56,014 nt of DNA from contig CAZAAT010000001.1 in NCBI GenBank assembly GCA_964483175.1, forward strand, positions 73,292-129,305, written 5' to 3'. Under the pieces are notes generated by a model that was not told where the DNA came from, ran no database searches, and saw nothing but the letters and a program-made list of their open reading frames with translations. Below, one piece after another: positions 10,501 through 22,093 of this stretch. The translations under genes were made by a program, and so were the position numbers. Source of the stretch: an uncultured Bacilli bacterium (lineage in GTDB: Bacteria > Bacillota > UBA5301). How positions within the stretch are numbered: the first letter of the stretch is position 1; the number at the start of each line of letters is the position of its first letter.

Positions 10501-12954
10501 TTACTCTTCATCACTAGGCTCATCTTCCTCCGTGCGCGCCATCTGGGCTACAGCAACCACAGAATCACCTTCATCAAGGCGCATGATCCGGACACCCTGG
10601 GTTGCCCGACCAAACGAGGAGATATCCTCCACCGGAATCCGGATAATGACTCCTTCGGCCGTGGTCAACATGATATCATAATCGTCACGGACGATCTTCA
10701 CACCGACGATCGGGCCATTCTTAGCCGTGATATTTAGCGTTTTGATTCCAAAGCCGCCTCTGCCTTGGCGTCGATATTCGTCAATGGCTGTCCGTTTACC
10801 ATAACCATATTGGCTGATAACCAAAACCTCCGAATTGGGGCGAACTACATCAAGGCCAACAACTTCATCGTCATCCTGCAGCCTAATACCGATAACCCCT
10901 CGAGTCATCCTGCCCATTGGCCGAACATCCTCTTCGGAAAAACGGATAGACATCCCTTGTCTGGTTACCATCATCACTTCTTGGTTTCCGTTGGTCAGAC
11001 GAACTCCAATCAGCTCATCACCATCAACCAAGTCAATCGCATTGATCCCATTGGACCTGATGTTCTCGAATTCGCTGATAGCGGTTTTCTTGACCCGGCC
11101 CATTTTGGTTCCCATAAGCAAGTACGCGTTTGGATCAAATTCTCTGATCGGGATAACGGCGTTAATAACTTCGCCGGGCATAATTTGGATCAGATTGATA
11201 ATTGGTGTCCCCCTGGCTTTACGTCCGGCCTGAGGAATCTGATAACCTTTTAATTTATGCATCCGCCCACGGTTGGTAATAAAGAGAATATCAGCATGGG
11301 TGGAGGTGATAAAGAGATGCTCCACGAAATCCTCTTCTTTGGGCATGGCGCCGGTAACCCCGCGGCCGCCACGTTTTTGCGGCCTATAGGTATCAGCAGG
11401 AATGCTCTTGATATATCCCTGATGAGTGATATTGACGACGATCGCCTCATCAGCAACGAGATCTTCCATCTCAAAATCGCCAACCGCGCTGCCGATCATC
11501 GTCCGGCGCGGATCTGCGTACTGTTCTTTGACTTCCAAAAGTTCATCACGGACAATAGCGAAAACCTTGCGGACATCACCGAGAATCTCTTTGTAGTTCG
11601 CGATCTTGGCTAACAAATCTTGATACTCTGCCTCGAGCTTGTCAATCTCTAAAGCAGTCAACCGCCGTAGCCGCATGTCCAAAATAGCCACCGCTTGTTT
11701 TTCCGTAAGCGCAAACTCGGCCATTAAGGATTCTTTAGCGATCTGGTCATTGGCTGACCCCCGGATAATCTTGATAACCCGATCGAGATTGGCCACCGCG
11801 ATCTTGAGCCCTTCGAGAATGTGGGCGCGCTCCTCGGCCTTATCGAGTAAAAACTTGGTTCTCCGCGTAATGACTTCGCGCTGGTGCTCTAAGTAATGGC
11901 GCAGCACCTCATCTAAATTCATCACCTTGGGCTGGTTGTCTACCAGAGCGAGCATGATTACGCCAAAGCTATCCTGGAGCTGCGTATGCTTGAATAACTG
12001 GTTTAGCAGGACATGGGGATTAACATCCCGCCGAAGATCCATCACAATCCGCATGCCTCGGCGATCCGACTCATCACGGAGATCTGTAATACCTTCGATC
12101 TTTTTGTCCCTGACCAGATTGGCAATCTTCTCGATCAGAGAAGCTTTATTAACCATGTACGGAAGCTCATGCACGACGATCCGGGGCTTCCCGTTACTCA
12201 AGGTCTCAATGGTGGTTTTTGCGCGAACCTTGATCGATCCTCGCCCGGTCTGGTAAGCCTTTTTGATCCCCTCTCGGCCCAGGATAGTGCCGCCGGTTGG
12301 AAAATCCGGCCCCTTAATGATCTTCATCAGCTCATCTATCGTTATCTCCGGGTCATCGATCATCGCCACGAGGCCATCAATGACTTCTCCCAAGTTATGC
12401 GGTGGAATATTGGTCGCCATGCCAACGGCAATACCACTGGCACCGTTGACCAAAAGATTAGGGAACCTGGCCGGTAATACCAAGGGCTGCTCCAGCGATT
12501 CGTCAAAGTTAGGGCCGAAGTCGACTGTGTTTTTATCGATGTCTTGGAGCATTTTTAGAGAAAAAGGTGATAATCTGGCCTCCGTATAACGCATAGCAGC
12601 AGGTGGGTCACCATCTACACTACCAAAGTTGCCATGCCCATCGACCAAGCAGTAACGGTAGGAAAACTCTTGCGCCATCCGGACCATGGCGTCGTAGATA
12701 GCTGAGTCTCCATGGGGGTGGTATTTACCCATGACTTCACCGACGATACGGGCGGATTTCTTATGCGGCTTATCCGGCCATAAGGATAACTCGCTCATAC
12801 CGTAGAGAATCCGACGCTGCACCGGCTTGAGTCCATCACGTACATCCGGGAGTGCCCGCTCAACAATAACGCTCATCGCGTAGTTGATATAGGATGTTTT
12901 CATCTCATCGACTATATGAACTGGTACGATTTTACCATCCGTGTATTCTATCAT
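10501..12954 (-). CDS. gyrA: DNA gyrase subunit A
   Basis: 817 aa. It contains the motifs [19 protein letters not shown] and [20 protein letters not shown] and a C-terminal beta-pinwheel repeat region. Confidence 0.97.
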   Translation of the reverse strand: MIEYTDGKIVPVHIVDEMKTSYINYAMSVIVERALPDVRDGLKPVQRRILYGMSELSLWPDKPHKKSARIVGEVMGKYHPHGDSAIYDAMVRMAQEFSYRYCLVDGHGNFGSVDGDPPAAMRYTEARLSPFSLKMLQDIDKNTVDFGPNFDESLEQPLVLPARFPNLLVNGASGIAVGMATNIPPHNLGEVIDGLVAMIDDPEITIDELMKIIKGPDFPTGGTILGREGIKKAYQTGRGSIKVRAKTTIETLSNGKPRIVVHELPYMVNKASLIEKIANLVRDKKIEGITDLRDESDRRGMRIVMDLRRDVNPHVLLNQLFKHTQLQDSFGVIMLALVDNQPKVMNLDEVLRHYLEHQREVITRRTKFLLDKAEERAHILEGLKIAVANLDRVIKIIRGSANDQIAKESLMAEFALTEKQAVAILDMRLRRLTALEIDKLEAEYQDLLAKIANYKEILGDVRKVFAIVRDELLEVKEQYADPRRTMIGSAVGDFEMEDLVADEAIVVNITHQGYIKSIPADTYRPQKRGGRGVTGAMPKEEDFVEHLFITSTHADILFITNRGRMHKLKGYQIPQAGRKARGTPIINLIQIMPGEVINAVIPIREFDPNAYLLMGTKMGRVKKTAISEFENIRSNGINAIDLVDGDELIGVRLTNGNQEVMMVTRQGMSIRFSEEDVRPMGRMTRGVIGIRLQDDDEVVGLDVVRPNSEVLVISQYGYGKRTAIDEYRRQGRGGFGIKTLNITAKNGPIVGVKIVRDDYDIMLTTAEGVIIRIPVEDISSFGRATQGVRIMRLDEGDSVVAVAQMARTEEDEPSDEE

Positions 12955-12984
12955 TTGGTCTTCCTCCTAAACAACGAGTACTCC

Positions 12985-15181
<2,197 letters not shown>

Positions 15182-15194
15182 ACCCTTCACCCTC

Positions 15195-16367
15195 CTAATG
15201 CTTTGCTCTCGCTGTAATTCGGCCTTCACGAACCTCGTAGATTCTAGCCCCCGCCAAATGAGTCGGATGGAAATATCCCGTTTCCGTAGCAGTTACCAGG
15301 GTTTGAACTTGCTCTTTAACGGTATCTAACAAAAATTTACGACGCGAGGCGTCGAGCTCTGATAAGACGTCATCTAGTAACAACACTGGATATTCACCGG
15401 TTTCTTGACGCATATATTCAAGCTCAGCTAGTTTCAAAGCCAAAGTTGCGGTACGCTGCTGTCCTTGGGAACCATAAGTACGAATTTCACTGGAATTAAT
15501 CAACAAATTCAAATCATCCCTGTGCGGTCCGTACAAACTTATTCCGCGATAAATTTCTTCTTTAGTTTTGGACTTGAGGTAATTCAGCAATGATTCCCGA
15601 ACTTCCTCTTCGTTTAAGGTTAAAGTACCGTCAAGAAACCAACTCCGCTTATTTTGATAAAGCGGGTAACTGGCAACATACTCTAGTGTTAACGACTCCC
15701 GTTCCTCGGTAATGCTGCGGTGTAATTCTTGCGCATATCGCGCAATCTGTTGGAGGGCAAACACTCGTTTAACAATCAGCTTAGAAGCTATTTCCGCTAA
15801 TTGGGTATCGAATACCTCTTTTAGGTCACCAGACAGGTTTTCTTCAGCCATTTGGCGCAATAAATTATTGCGCTGCCTTAAAACTTTTCCGTAATCAATT
15901 AGATTGTTGCGAAATGCCGGGTTAATCTGGGCCAATTCGAAATCAATAAAACGGCGCCGGTGGCTAGGTCCTCCTTTGATGATATTTAAATCTTCCGGAG
16001 TAAAAACAACCACAGTTAAGTAACCGAGCAGTTCACTTCTTTTGGCGATTGGAAAACCATTTAGACTTATGATCTTTCCGGTTTTTGGTGCATATTCTAC
16101 TGTCAAACGCAGATCGCCGCTTTTGGAGGTAACCCGACTCTGCACGCGAAAACCATTGGGCTCCCGTTGATCACCGACGCGTCTAATTAACTCGCGATCA
16201 TGGGTGGTTCGAAACGATTTTCCCGTAGCACAAACGTACACTGCTTCAATGAGATTAGTTTTACCTTGGGCATTATCTCCGTATAAAAGGTTTAATCCAG
16301 GTCCAAACGAGATTTTGGCCTGGTCATATCCCCGAAAATTCATCAATTCGAGTTCCGCAATTTTCAC
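15195..16367 (-). CDS. recF: DNA replication and repair protein RecF
   Basis: It has the Walker A motif GDNAQGKTN, the signature SQGQQRT, and LLLDDVLSELD. Confidence 0.93.
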   Translation of the reverse strand: MKIAELELMNFRGYDQAKISFGPGLNLLYGDNAQGKTNLIEAVYVCATGKSFRTTHDRELIRRVGDQREPNGFRVQSRVTSKSGDLRLTVEYAPKTGKIISLNGFPIAKRSELLGYLTVVVFTPEDLNIIKGGPSHRRRFIDFELAQINPAFRNNLIDYGKVLRQRNNLLRQMAEENLSGDLKEVFDTQLAEIASKLIVKRVFALQQIARYAQELHRSITEERESLTLEYVASYPLYQNKRSWFLDGTLTLNEEEVRESLLNYLKSKTKEEIYRGISLYGPHRDDLNLLINSSEIRTYGSQGQQRTATLALKLAELEYMRQETGEYPVLLLDDVLSELDASRRKFLLDTVKEQVQTLVTATETGYFHPTHLAGARIYEVREGRITARAKH

Positions 16368-16591
16368 TGGTTAGACTCCGTTGTCGCAACCAACCATACC
16401 CCGGCATCTTCAACTTCAACCCGATCGCCGTGATACAACTTTCTCCCACGTCGTTGTTCAACCTCGTCATTTACTTTAACCAAACCTGACTTGATTACAA
16501 ATTTAGCTTCACCGCCACTCGCGACGATGTTAGCAAATTTCAAAAATTGGTCGAGTGTTATAAACTCCGTCGTAATTAGAATTTCCTCCAT
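16364..16591 (-). CDS. yaaA: S4-domain RNA-binding protein YaaA
   Basis: 75 aa with an S4-like fold motif (FITLDQFLKFANIVASGGEAK...NDEVEQRRGRKL). It holds the conserved slot between dnaN and recF. Confidence 0.8.
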   Translation of the reverse strand: MEEILITTEFITLDQFLKFANIVASGGEAKFVIKSGLVKVNDEVEQRRGRKLYHGDRVEVEDAGVWLVATTESNQ

Positions 16592-16595
16592 GTTC

Positions 16596-17702
16596 TCACC
16601 TTAACAACACCGGCATGATAACGTAAGTATAATTCTCATCATTAGCCGGAACAATCACCGCCGGACTATTACGCCCAGTCAGCTTTAGTTTGACCTGTTC
16701 AACATCAAGAATTCTGAGAACTTCGATGATGTATCGTGCATTAAAGGCGATCTCTAACTCATCCCCAGCAACCTCACAATAGATTTCATCATAAGTTTCT
16801 CCTACATCTGGAACATTAGCTGAAAGGGCGATTTTTTCAGAGGAGACGGAAAACTTAACTACGCTAGCCCCCTCTCTAGCAAGCAGCGAAGCCCTCTCTA
16901 CCGCCATCAGGAATTCAACGCGATCAACTACCGCTTCTGTGGCAAAAGTAGTCGGGATCGGCTGACGATAGTTAGGGAACTGACCGTCAATCAGGCGCGA
17001 GACAAATCTAGTCTCATTGATCTGAAATAAAATATGGTTGGTACTGAGTAAAATTTGTACCTGCTCCTCGGTACTATCTAAAACCCTACTGACCTCTGTC
17101 AAACACTTCGTTGGCACAATTACTTTAAACTGACCGAAGTTTTGCTCAAAATCTTGAACTCGCAACGCCAAACGAGAAGTGTCAGTCGCACATAGAGTGA
17201 TTGTATTATCGATAATATCCCACAAAACACCGGTCAGAAAAGGTCTGGTTTCATCTAGTGAAACTGCAAAAGTAGTCTCTTTGATCATTTTTCTCAGGTC
17301 GTTTTGGGGGATAGTCCAGAAACCTTCCTCTTTGGTCTCTGGCAGTGCAGGATAATCTTCAGCCGGCATCGGGTTGACTACAAATCGTGAGCTGCCGCTC
17401 TTAATCTCCACACTATTTTTCCCCTCAATCACGCCTACCGTAAGACCTTGGCTTGGTAGTTTGCGAATAATATCGGTTAAATATTTGGCTTCAAGTACCA
17501 CGGCGCCTTCTTCGTGGACCTTCACCGGAAGATAGCTTTCGATTCCTAATTCAAGATCGGTGGAGACTAGACGTAATCGATCATCTTTAGCCTCTAGCAA
17601 GATCCCGGATAGGATTGGTAGCGTCGACTTTGAGGGAACAGCTCTACCGACAACTTGAAGTCCCTGGTAAAAAAGGTCTCTTGGACATTCAAATCTCATC
17701 AT
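16596..17702 (-). CDS. dnaN: DNA polymerase III beta sliding clamp
   Basis: 368 aa. It reads MRFECPRDLF...LPILSGILLEA... and ends ...YVIMPVLL-like. It follows dnaA. Confidence 0.95.
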   Translation of the reverse strand: MMRFECPRDLFYQGLQVVGRAVPSKSTLPILSGILLEAKDDRLRLVSTDLELGIESYLPVKVHEEGAVVLEAKYLTDIIRKLPSQGLTVGVIEGKNSVEIKSGSSRFVVNPMPAEDYPALPETKEEGFWTIPQNDLRKMIKETTFAVSLDETRPFLTGVLWDIIDNTITLCATDTSRLALRVQDFEQNFGQFKVIVPTKCLTEVSRVLDSTEEQVQILLSTNHILFQINETRFVSRLIDGQFPNYRQPIPTTFATEAVVDRVEFLMAVERASLLAREGASVVKFSVSSEKIALSANVPDVGETYDEIYCEVAGDELEIAFNARYIIEVLRILDVEQVKLKLTGRNSPAVIVPANDENYTYVIMPVLLR

Positions 17703-17948
17703 TGATACCGCCTTTCACCTGATTCACAAGCTTTACTATATCTTTAAATTAATAATTTGTTTAGTAGTAGTAGTAATAGAGGCTGTAGATTCTGTTGAAA
17801 ACTATGACTTCGGCCGCCCGTTGGCTGCATTAGGCTGTGGAAAAGGCTGTGAATTAAGTGGACACTTAATCACAATTTCCCGCTTGTTTATATAGCCGAT
17901 TAGTTTTCCAGATAATATCCACTTGCTTATACACAGCAGTATCTACAG
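17703..17948 (-). other. oriC sub-region between dnaA and dnaN: DnaA boxes, GC cluster, TAG-trio run and AT-rich unwinding element
   Basis: Box-like 9-mers are TGTGGAAAA (17836..17844), TTATACACA (17927..17935) and ATATCCACT (17915..17923). The GC cluster cggccgcccg is at 17811..17820 and an AT-rich tract runs about 17733..17780. Confidence 0.7.
17762..17779 (+). repeat. Trinucleotide run (TAG)4-TAA-TAG, a candidate DnaA-trio element
   Basis: Read directly as tagtagtagtagtaatag. It is embedded in the AT-rich tract of the dnaA-dnaN spacer. Confidence 0.5.
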
Positions 17949-19280
17949 TTACTTCAAGTTCTGAATTAGCTCTTTAATAACATTGGCCAACTCAGGATCT
18001 TGTTGCACAGCCTCTGAAATCTTTTCATAAGCGTGTAAAACAGTTGTATGATCACGTCCGCCAAAGGCTTCTCCGATCTTAGGTAGTGAGGCATCTGTTA
18101 ATTCTCGAGAAAGATACATGGCAACCTGTCTGGGGAAAGCAATAGAGCGACCCCGTTTGCGCGAATGCATTTCTGAAATATCGATTTCATAATACTGTGA
18201 AACGGCTTTTTGAATATCTTTGATCTCCACTTTACTTTTTTTGACGTTGAGTAGAATATCTTTCAGAGCTTCACTAGCCAGGGCAATATCTATTGGTCTG
18301 TTAGTTAAAGATGAATAGGCCACAACTCGGATTAGGGCTCCTTCTAATTCTCTGATGTTCGAATTAATATTTTCAGCAATAAAAGTCAGCGCTTCTGGTT
18401 GGATTTTGATCTTCTCCAACGAAGCTTTTTTGTCGAGAATAGCGATTCTGGTTTCTAGATCTGGAGCTTGAATATCGGTTATTAAGCCCCATTCAAAGCG
18501 AGACCTCAAGCGGTCTTCCAGCGTGGGAATTTCCCTAGGGGGACGATCTGAAGATAACACAATCTGCTTATTTGCTTCATGCAAGGCATTAAAAGTGTGG
18601 AAAAACTCCTCTTGAGTTCGTTCCTTGCGAGCTAAAAACTGAATGTCGTCGACTAGCAAAACGTCGATATTACGATAACGTTCGCGAAATTCGGGAGTTT
18701 TGTCATCCCTGATGGCGTTAATGATATCATTGGTGAACTGCTCGGAAGTTACATACATGACGTTTGTCTCTGGAGCCGTTTCCAGGACAAAATGTCCGAT
18801 CGCATGCATCAAGTGGGTCTTGCCGAGACCAACGCCACCATAGATAAACAATGGGTTATAAGCGCGAGCCGGTGCTTCGGCTACAGCTAGCGCGGCCGCG
18901 TGAGCAAAGCGATTACTATTACCAACTACGAAGGTGTTAAAGGTGTACTTAGGGTTGAGTCTGCCCCTTTGAGCAGCGGTCTCAGCTGTTTTTGCTCCGG
19001 CGTTGCTGGTGGTAGGTTTTTCGATAGCCTCCCCAGGAACGAGATAACTGCACTCCAAATCAGCATTCGAAACAGCCAGAAGGCTCTGTTGAATGATCTC
19101 AGAATAATGACTCTCGATCCAGTTACGGATGAAGTCATTCGGGGCTTCAAAAAAAACAGTACCCCCCACGATTTGTAGAGGTTTGAGCGATTTCACCCAG
19201 GTATCTAAACTGGCTTTCGGCAATTGGCCCTGCATCTCGGCTAATGCCGATTCCCAAAGCTTTTGCAAGTCGAATGACAC
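17949..19280 (-). CDS. dnaA: Chromosomal replication initiator DnaA
   Basis: It has the AAA+ Walker A motif GGVGLGKTHL, the sensor motifs, and a C-terminal DNA-binding domain (...FGGRDHTTVLHA). I prefer the GTG start at 19280 because AGGTGA lies 5 nt upstream. The ORF track starts three codons earlier, at 19289. Confidence 0.95.
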   Translation of the reverse strand: MSFDLQKLWESALAEMQGQLPKASLDTWVKSLKPLQIVGGTVFFEAPNDFIRNWIESHYSEIIQQSLLAVSNADLECSYLVPGEAIEKPTTSNAGAKTAETAAQRGRLNPKYTFNTFVVGNSNRFAHAAALAVAEAPARAYNPLFIYGGVGLGKTHLMHAIGHFVLETAPETNVMYVTSEQFTNDIINAIRDDKTPEFRERYRNIDVLLVDDIQFLARKERTQEEFFHTFNALHEANKQIVLSSDRPPREIPTLEDRLRSRFEWGLITDIQAPDLETRIAILDKKASLEKIKIQPEALTFIAENINSNIRELEGALIRVVAYSSLTNRPIDIALASEALKDILLNVKKSKVEIKDIQKAVSQYYEIDISEMHSRKRGRSIAFPRQVAMYLSRELTDASLPKIGEAFGGRDHTTVLHAYEKISEAVQQDPELANVIKELIQNLK

Positions 19281-19289
19281 AAAAATCAC

Positions 19290-20105
19290 CTAAACTCTTT
19301 TTTGTCCAACTTTAAACTGCGGGTTAAGCATTCGCTTTCCCCCATCAACCTGAATAAGGAGTCCTAACTCTGTTAGCGCAACCATGTCGCGATATGCAGA
19401 GCTGGGACTAGTGTTAATATACTCGGCAAGCCTCGATGGACCAAGCGGTCCCTGACTGCTCAACACGGTCAGGATTGCTTGCTGCCGATCTGTGAGGGAA
19501 GCAAAGATCTCCGCCTGAAAAGCGTGGTTTGTTAGTCTTTCACCAAGCGAAGGGTCACTTCCTTCCTCCGGGGCCTGCTCATTGTGGAGTGAATCCGCTA
19601 CACAAGCAGAGCTATTTGCCCATAAAGTTACCACCGTACCTTTGTGTAGGTTGTCAGAAATCTCAAGTTGACCTCCTATTTTCTTTAGATAAAAAGAAGC
19701 GAGTGCCAATCCCTGCCCCATTCCACGGATATATCGCCTCTGCTTCGAGGTTACAGAAGTATATCCCGGTAAAATGGCGAGCTCTTTATTTGCAATGCCC
19801 GGACCCTGATCAGCAATCCTAACTCCGCTGCCATCTGCAAAAACAGTGATCAGCGGATCGGCGAAATCAGAGTGCACCAAGTTATCAACAACTTCTTTGA
19901 TAGTCGAAGATGGTAAGGTTCCACCGCATTTGCAATGCAACCGATGGGTCTTTGTGGTTAGCGTGGTTAGCATAGTAGATAGATTTCTTTCGGAGATAAT
20001 TGTGGTTTCACTATTATTATTGGTTGGGTCATATAAAGCGAGCCTAGCCTCGAAAAACGGCAAACGGAAGGTTGAAATGAAATTTTGAAGCTTGAAACGA
20101 TTCAT
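19290..20105 (-). CDS. Uncharacterised GHKL-type ATPase domain fused to a C-terminal winged-helix DNA-binding domain
   Basis: It has an N-box-like EVVDNLVHS, a G1 box DQGPGI and a G2 box GMGQGL. The C-terminus LTDRQQAILTVLSSQGPLGPSRLAEYINTSPSSAYRDMVALTELGLLI looks like a wHTH. I prefer the ATG start at 20105 (AAGGATG upstream), because the ORF-track start at 20147 overlaps a DnaA box. The TAG stop at 19290..19292 overlaps the dnaA RBS. Confidence 0.6.
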   Translation of the reverse strand: MNRFKLQNFISTFRLPFFEARLALYDPTNNNSETTIISERNLSTMLTTLTTKTHRLHCKCGGTLPSSTIKEVVDNLVHSDFADPLITVFADGSGVRIADQGPGIANKELAILPGYTSVTSKQRRYIRGMGQGLALASFYLKKIGGQLEISDNLHKGTVVTLWANSSACVADSLHNEQAPEEGSDPSLGERLTNHAFQAEIFASLTDRQQAILTVLSSQGPLGPSRLAEYINTSPSSAYRDMVALTELGLLIQVDGGKRMLNPQFKVGQKRV

Positions 20106-20137
20106 TCTGTGTTTCACATCCTTGTCAAAACAAGTAA

Positions 20138-20530
20138 GTATCCACAATTGTTAACCAACGTTTTTCCTGTTTGCCGTAATATTCGCGGTGAAGTTATCCA
20201 CAACCTGCTTTTTCAGCATGGTGTTCTAGACAGCTTATCCGCTCTTTGTGGTCAAAGCCGCTCTCCAAGCGGTTAGCGCCGATTTTTCTAGTTGGAGAAG
20301 CTCTTAGCATTTATGCGGATTTGCGCGATCAAGCCCAACTTTTCCACAGGTTTTCCACAACTTGAAAATCAACAGAGAATCCACAAGTCCCCAGGACTTA
20401 TCCACTGAAATATCCACAGATTATTTTGCAAAGGAAGTGAAATGGTTAAATTAATGATTACAAGCCTGTTTGCTGAAGCCGCAATCTATCCAAAGAAGTA
20501 TCCACAAAGTTATCCACAGTCTGTGGATTA
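20138..20530. other. oriC sub-region: DnaA-box cluster between rpmH and the dnaA-proximal gene
   Basis: Perfect TTATCCACA boxes lie at 20194..20202 and 20510..20518. One-mismatch boxes lie at 20138, 20340, 20351, 20398, 20410 and 20498, with an inverted TGTGGATTA at 20522..20530. A two-mismatch box is at 20377. Confidence 0.85.
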
Positions 20531-20538
20531 ACTCATTC

Positions 20539-20567
20539 TTGACTAATATTGGTCATTAAGATAAACT
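20539..20567 (+). promoter_or_regulatory. Candidate sigma-A promoter of rpmH
   Basis: TTGACT (20539..20544), a 17-nt spacer, then TAAACT (20562..20567). Confidence 0.5.
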
Positions 20568-20625
20568 ACTAGTGGTTATTTTCATTAATAAAGCATTGGT
20601 CGTGCGAATACAGGGGGTGGGTGCG

Positions 20626-20760
20626 GTGAAACGGACTTTCCAGCCAAATAATCGTAGGCGGAAAAGGGTTCACGGTTTTTTGAGCCGGATGAGCACTCGT
20701 GCTGGTAGGCGGGTAATTAGTCGCCGCCGTCGGCGGGGACGCAAGGTGCTATCAGCTTAG
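20626..20760 (+). CDS. rpmH: 50S ribosomal protein L34
   Basis: [44 protein letters not shown]. The GTG start at 20626 has GGGGGTGG upstream. The ORF-track start at 20572 is too long for L34. Confidence 0.95.
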   Translation: MKRTFQPNNRRRKRVHGFLSRMSTRAGRRVISRRRRRGRKVLSA

Positions 20761-20768
20761 TTTATTTA

Positions 20769-20802
20769 ATGAGGTCTCATCAGGGGACCTCATTTCATAT
20801 TT
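20769..20802 (+). terminator. Hairpin between rpmH and rnpA (partial terminator or attenuator)
   Basis: ATGAGGTC-loop-GACCTCAT forms an 8-bp stem followed by a T-rich tract, TTCATATTT. Confidence 0.4.
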
Positions 20803-21165
20803 ATGGGAGTTATGATGCATACTAAATTGATTACTCTCAGTGATCAAAGAGCGATCTCGGCATTGTTTGACCAAGGAATTTCGGTTGCCAATCGGTTTTT
20901 TGTAGTTAAGGCCCGGGGTAATGGTCTTGAATGTGCTCGCTTCGTTTTTGCAGTTGGTAAACGATACGGTAACGCGGTGCGGCGCAATCGGATTAAGCGG
21001 CAAATCAGAGAAATCTTGCGCCAAAATATGGATATGATAGAAGTTGGATTTGATTACGGGGTTATTCCTCGGCGTAGTTGTTTGGAGCAGCCGTTTGTGC
21101 TTTTGCGCGAAGCTCTTCTGGAGTGTTTAGCTCGGGCAGCGCGTAAAGGAAGGGAAGTGCGATGA
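20803..21165 (+). CDS. rnpA: Ribonuclease P protein component
   Basis: 120 aa, basic, with the RNR motif [15 protein letters not shown]. It lies between rpmH and yidD. Confidence 0.9.
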   Translation: MGVMMHTKLITLSDQRAISALFDQGISVANRFFVVKARGNGLECARFVFAVGKRYGNAVRRNRIKRQIREILRQNMDMIEVGFDYGVIPRRSCLEQPFVLLREALLECLARAARKGREVR

Positions 21166-21371
21166 CTTGGTTAGCCATTAAGTTAATCCGGCTCTATCAG
21201 CGGGCTATTTCCCCACTGTTTCCACGAACTTGTCGCTATTACCCTACCTGTTCGCAGTATACGATTGAGGCGATTAATAAGTATGGTTGTTGGCGAGGGT
21301 GTTGGTTAGGAGCGAAACGGATTCTGCGCTGCCACCCGTTCCATGAAGGCGGATACGATCCTGTTCCCTAG
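21162..21371 (+). CDS. yidD: Membrane protein insertion efficiency factor YidD
   Basis: [34 protein letters not shown]...RILRCHPF is the family signature. Confidence 0.92.
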   Translation: MTWLAIKLIRLYQRAISPLFPRTCRYYPTCSQYTIEAINKYGCWRGCWLGAKRILRCHPFHEGGYDPVP

Positions 21372-21463
21372 TTTATTTTCCTTTAATAGCAGGATTTTGT
21401 GGGCCGGGGTGTAAACTTTTTCAGTTAGGTTCTTTTTTAATGCAAAGAAGGTGGGGCTGACAA

Positions 21464-22093
21464 TTGAGCTTCTTAACAGGTATTATCTCGTCTGCACTGA
21501 GTTTTTTTTATGACCTCACGCAAAGCTGGGGTTTGGCCATTATTATGCTGACGATAGTCATCAGACTTCTGATGCACCCTTTGACGGTGAGCCAGTCTAA
21601 AAGTATGTTGGTCATGCGTAAACTGCAGCCGAAAATGAAAGAACTCCAGGAGAAGTATAAAGATAAACCCGAAGAGTACCAAAAACGGATGATGGCCTTG
21701 TACAAGGATCATAAGGCCAATCCGCTTGGTGGCTGCTTACCAATGTTGATTCAGATGCCGATTTTATTTGCACTATTTTATGTGTTGCGTGATGCGAACT
21801 ATGGTGAAGCCGGATTTTTGTGGATTCCATCCCTAAGCGCACCGGATCCTTCGTATCTATTGCCGCTGTTGACTGCTGCTTCGACATATATTCAGATGAA
21901 ATTGACGACTACCGACCCATCCCAGCAGGGTATGTTGTATATAATGCCGCTATTTATCGGTTTTATTAGCCTAAGCTTTCCTGCTGGCTTAACTCTGTAC
22001 TGGGTAATCAGCAATATTACCGGTTATTTTCAACAATTATTTATTAACAAGCGCTTAATGGCTTTAGATGAAGAGGGGAGCGTAGCAAATTGA
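21464..22093 (+). CDS. yidC: YidC/Oxa1-family membrane protein insertase (short Firmicute form)
   Basis: 209 aa with motifs ...AIIMLTIVIRLLMHPL...MRKLQPKMKELQEKYKD...NPLGGCLPMLIQMPILFALF.... Confidence 0.9.
   Translation: MSFLTGIISSALSFFYDLTQSWGLAIIMLTIVIRLLMHPLTVSQSKSMLVMRKLQPKMKELQEKYKDKPEEYQKRMMALYKDHKANPLGGCLPMLIQMPILFALFYVLRDANYGEAGFLWIPSLSAPDPSYLLPLLTAASTYIQMKLTTTDPSQQGMLYIMPLFIGFISLSFPAGLTLYWVISNITGYFQQLFINKRLMALDEEGSVAN

Noticed and set aside
20752-21024. A 90-aa minus-strand ORF overlapping rnpA
   Set aside because: It is antisense to a well-supported rnpA and has no RBS and no recognisable motifs.
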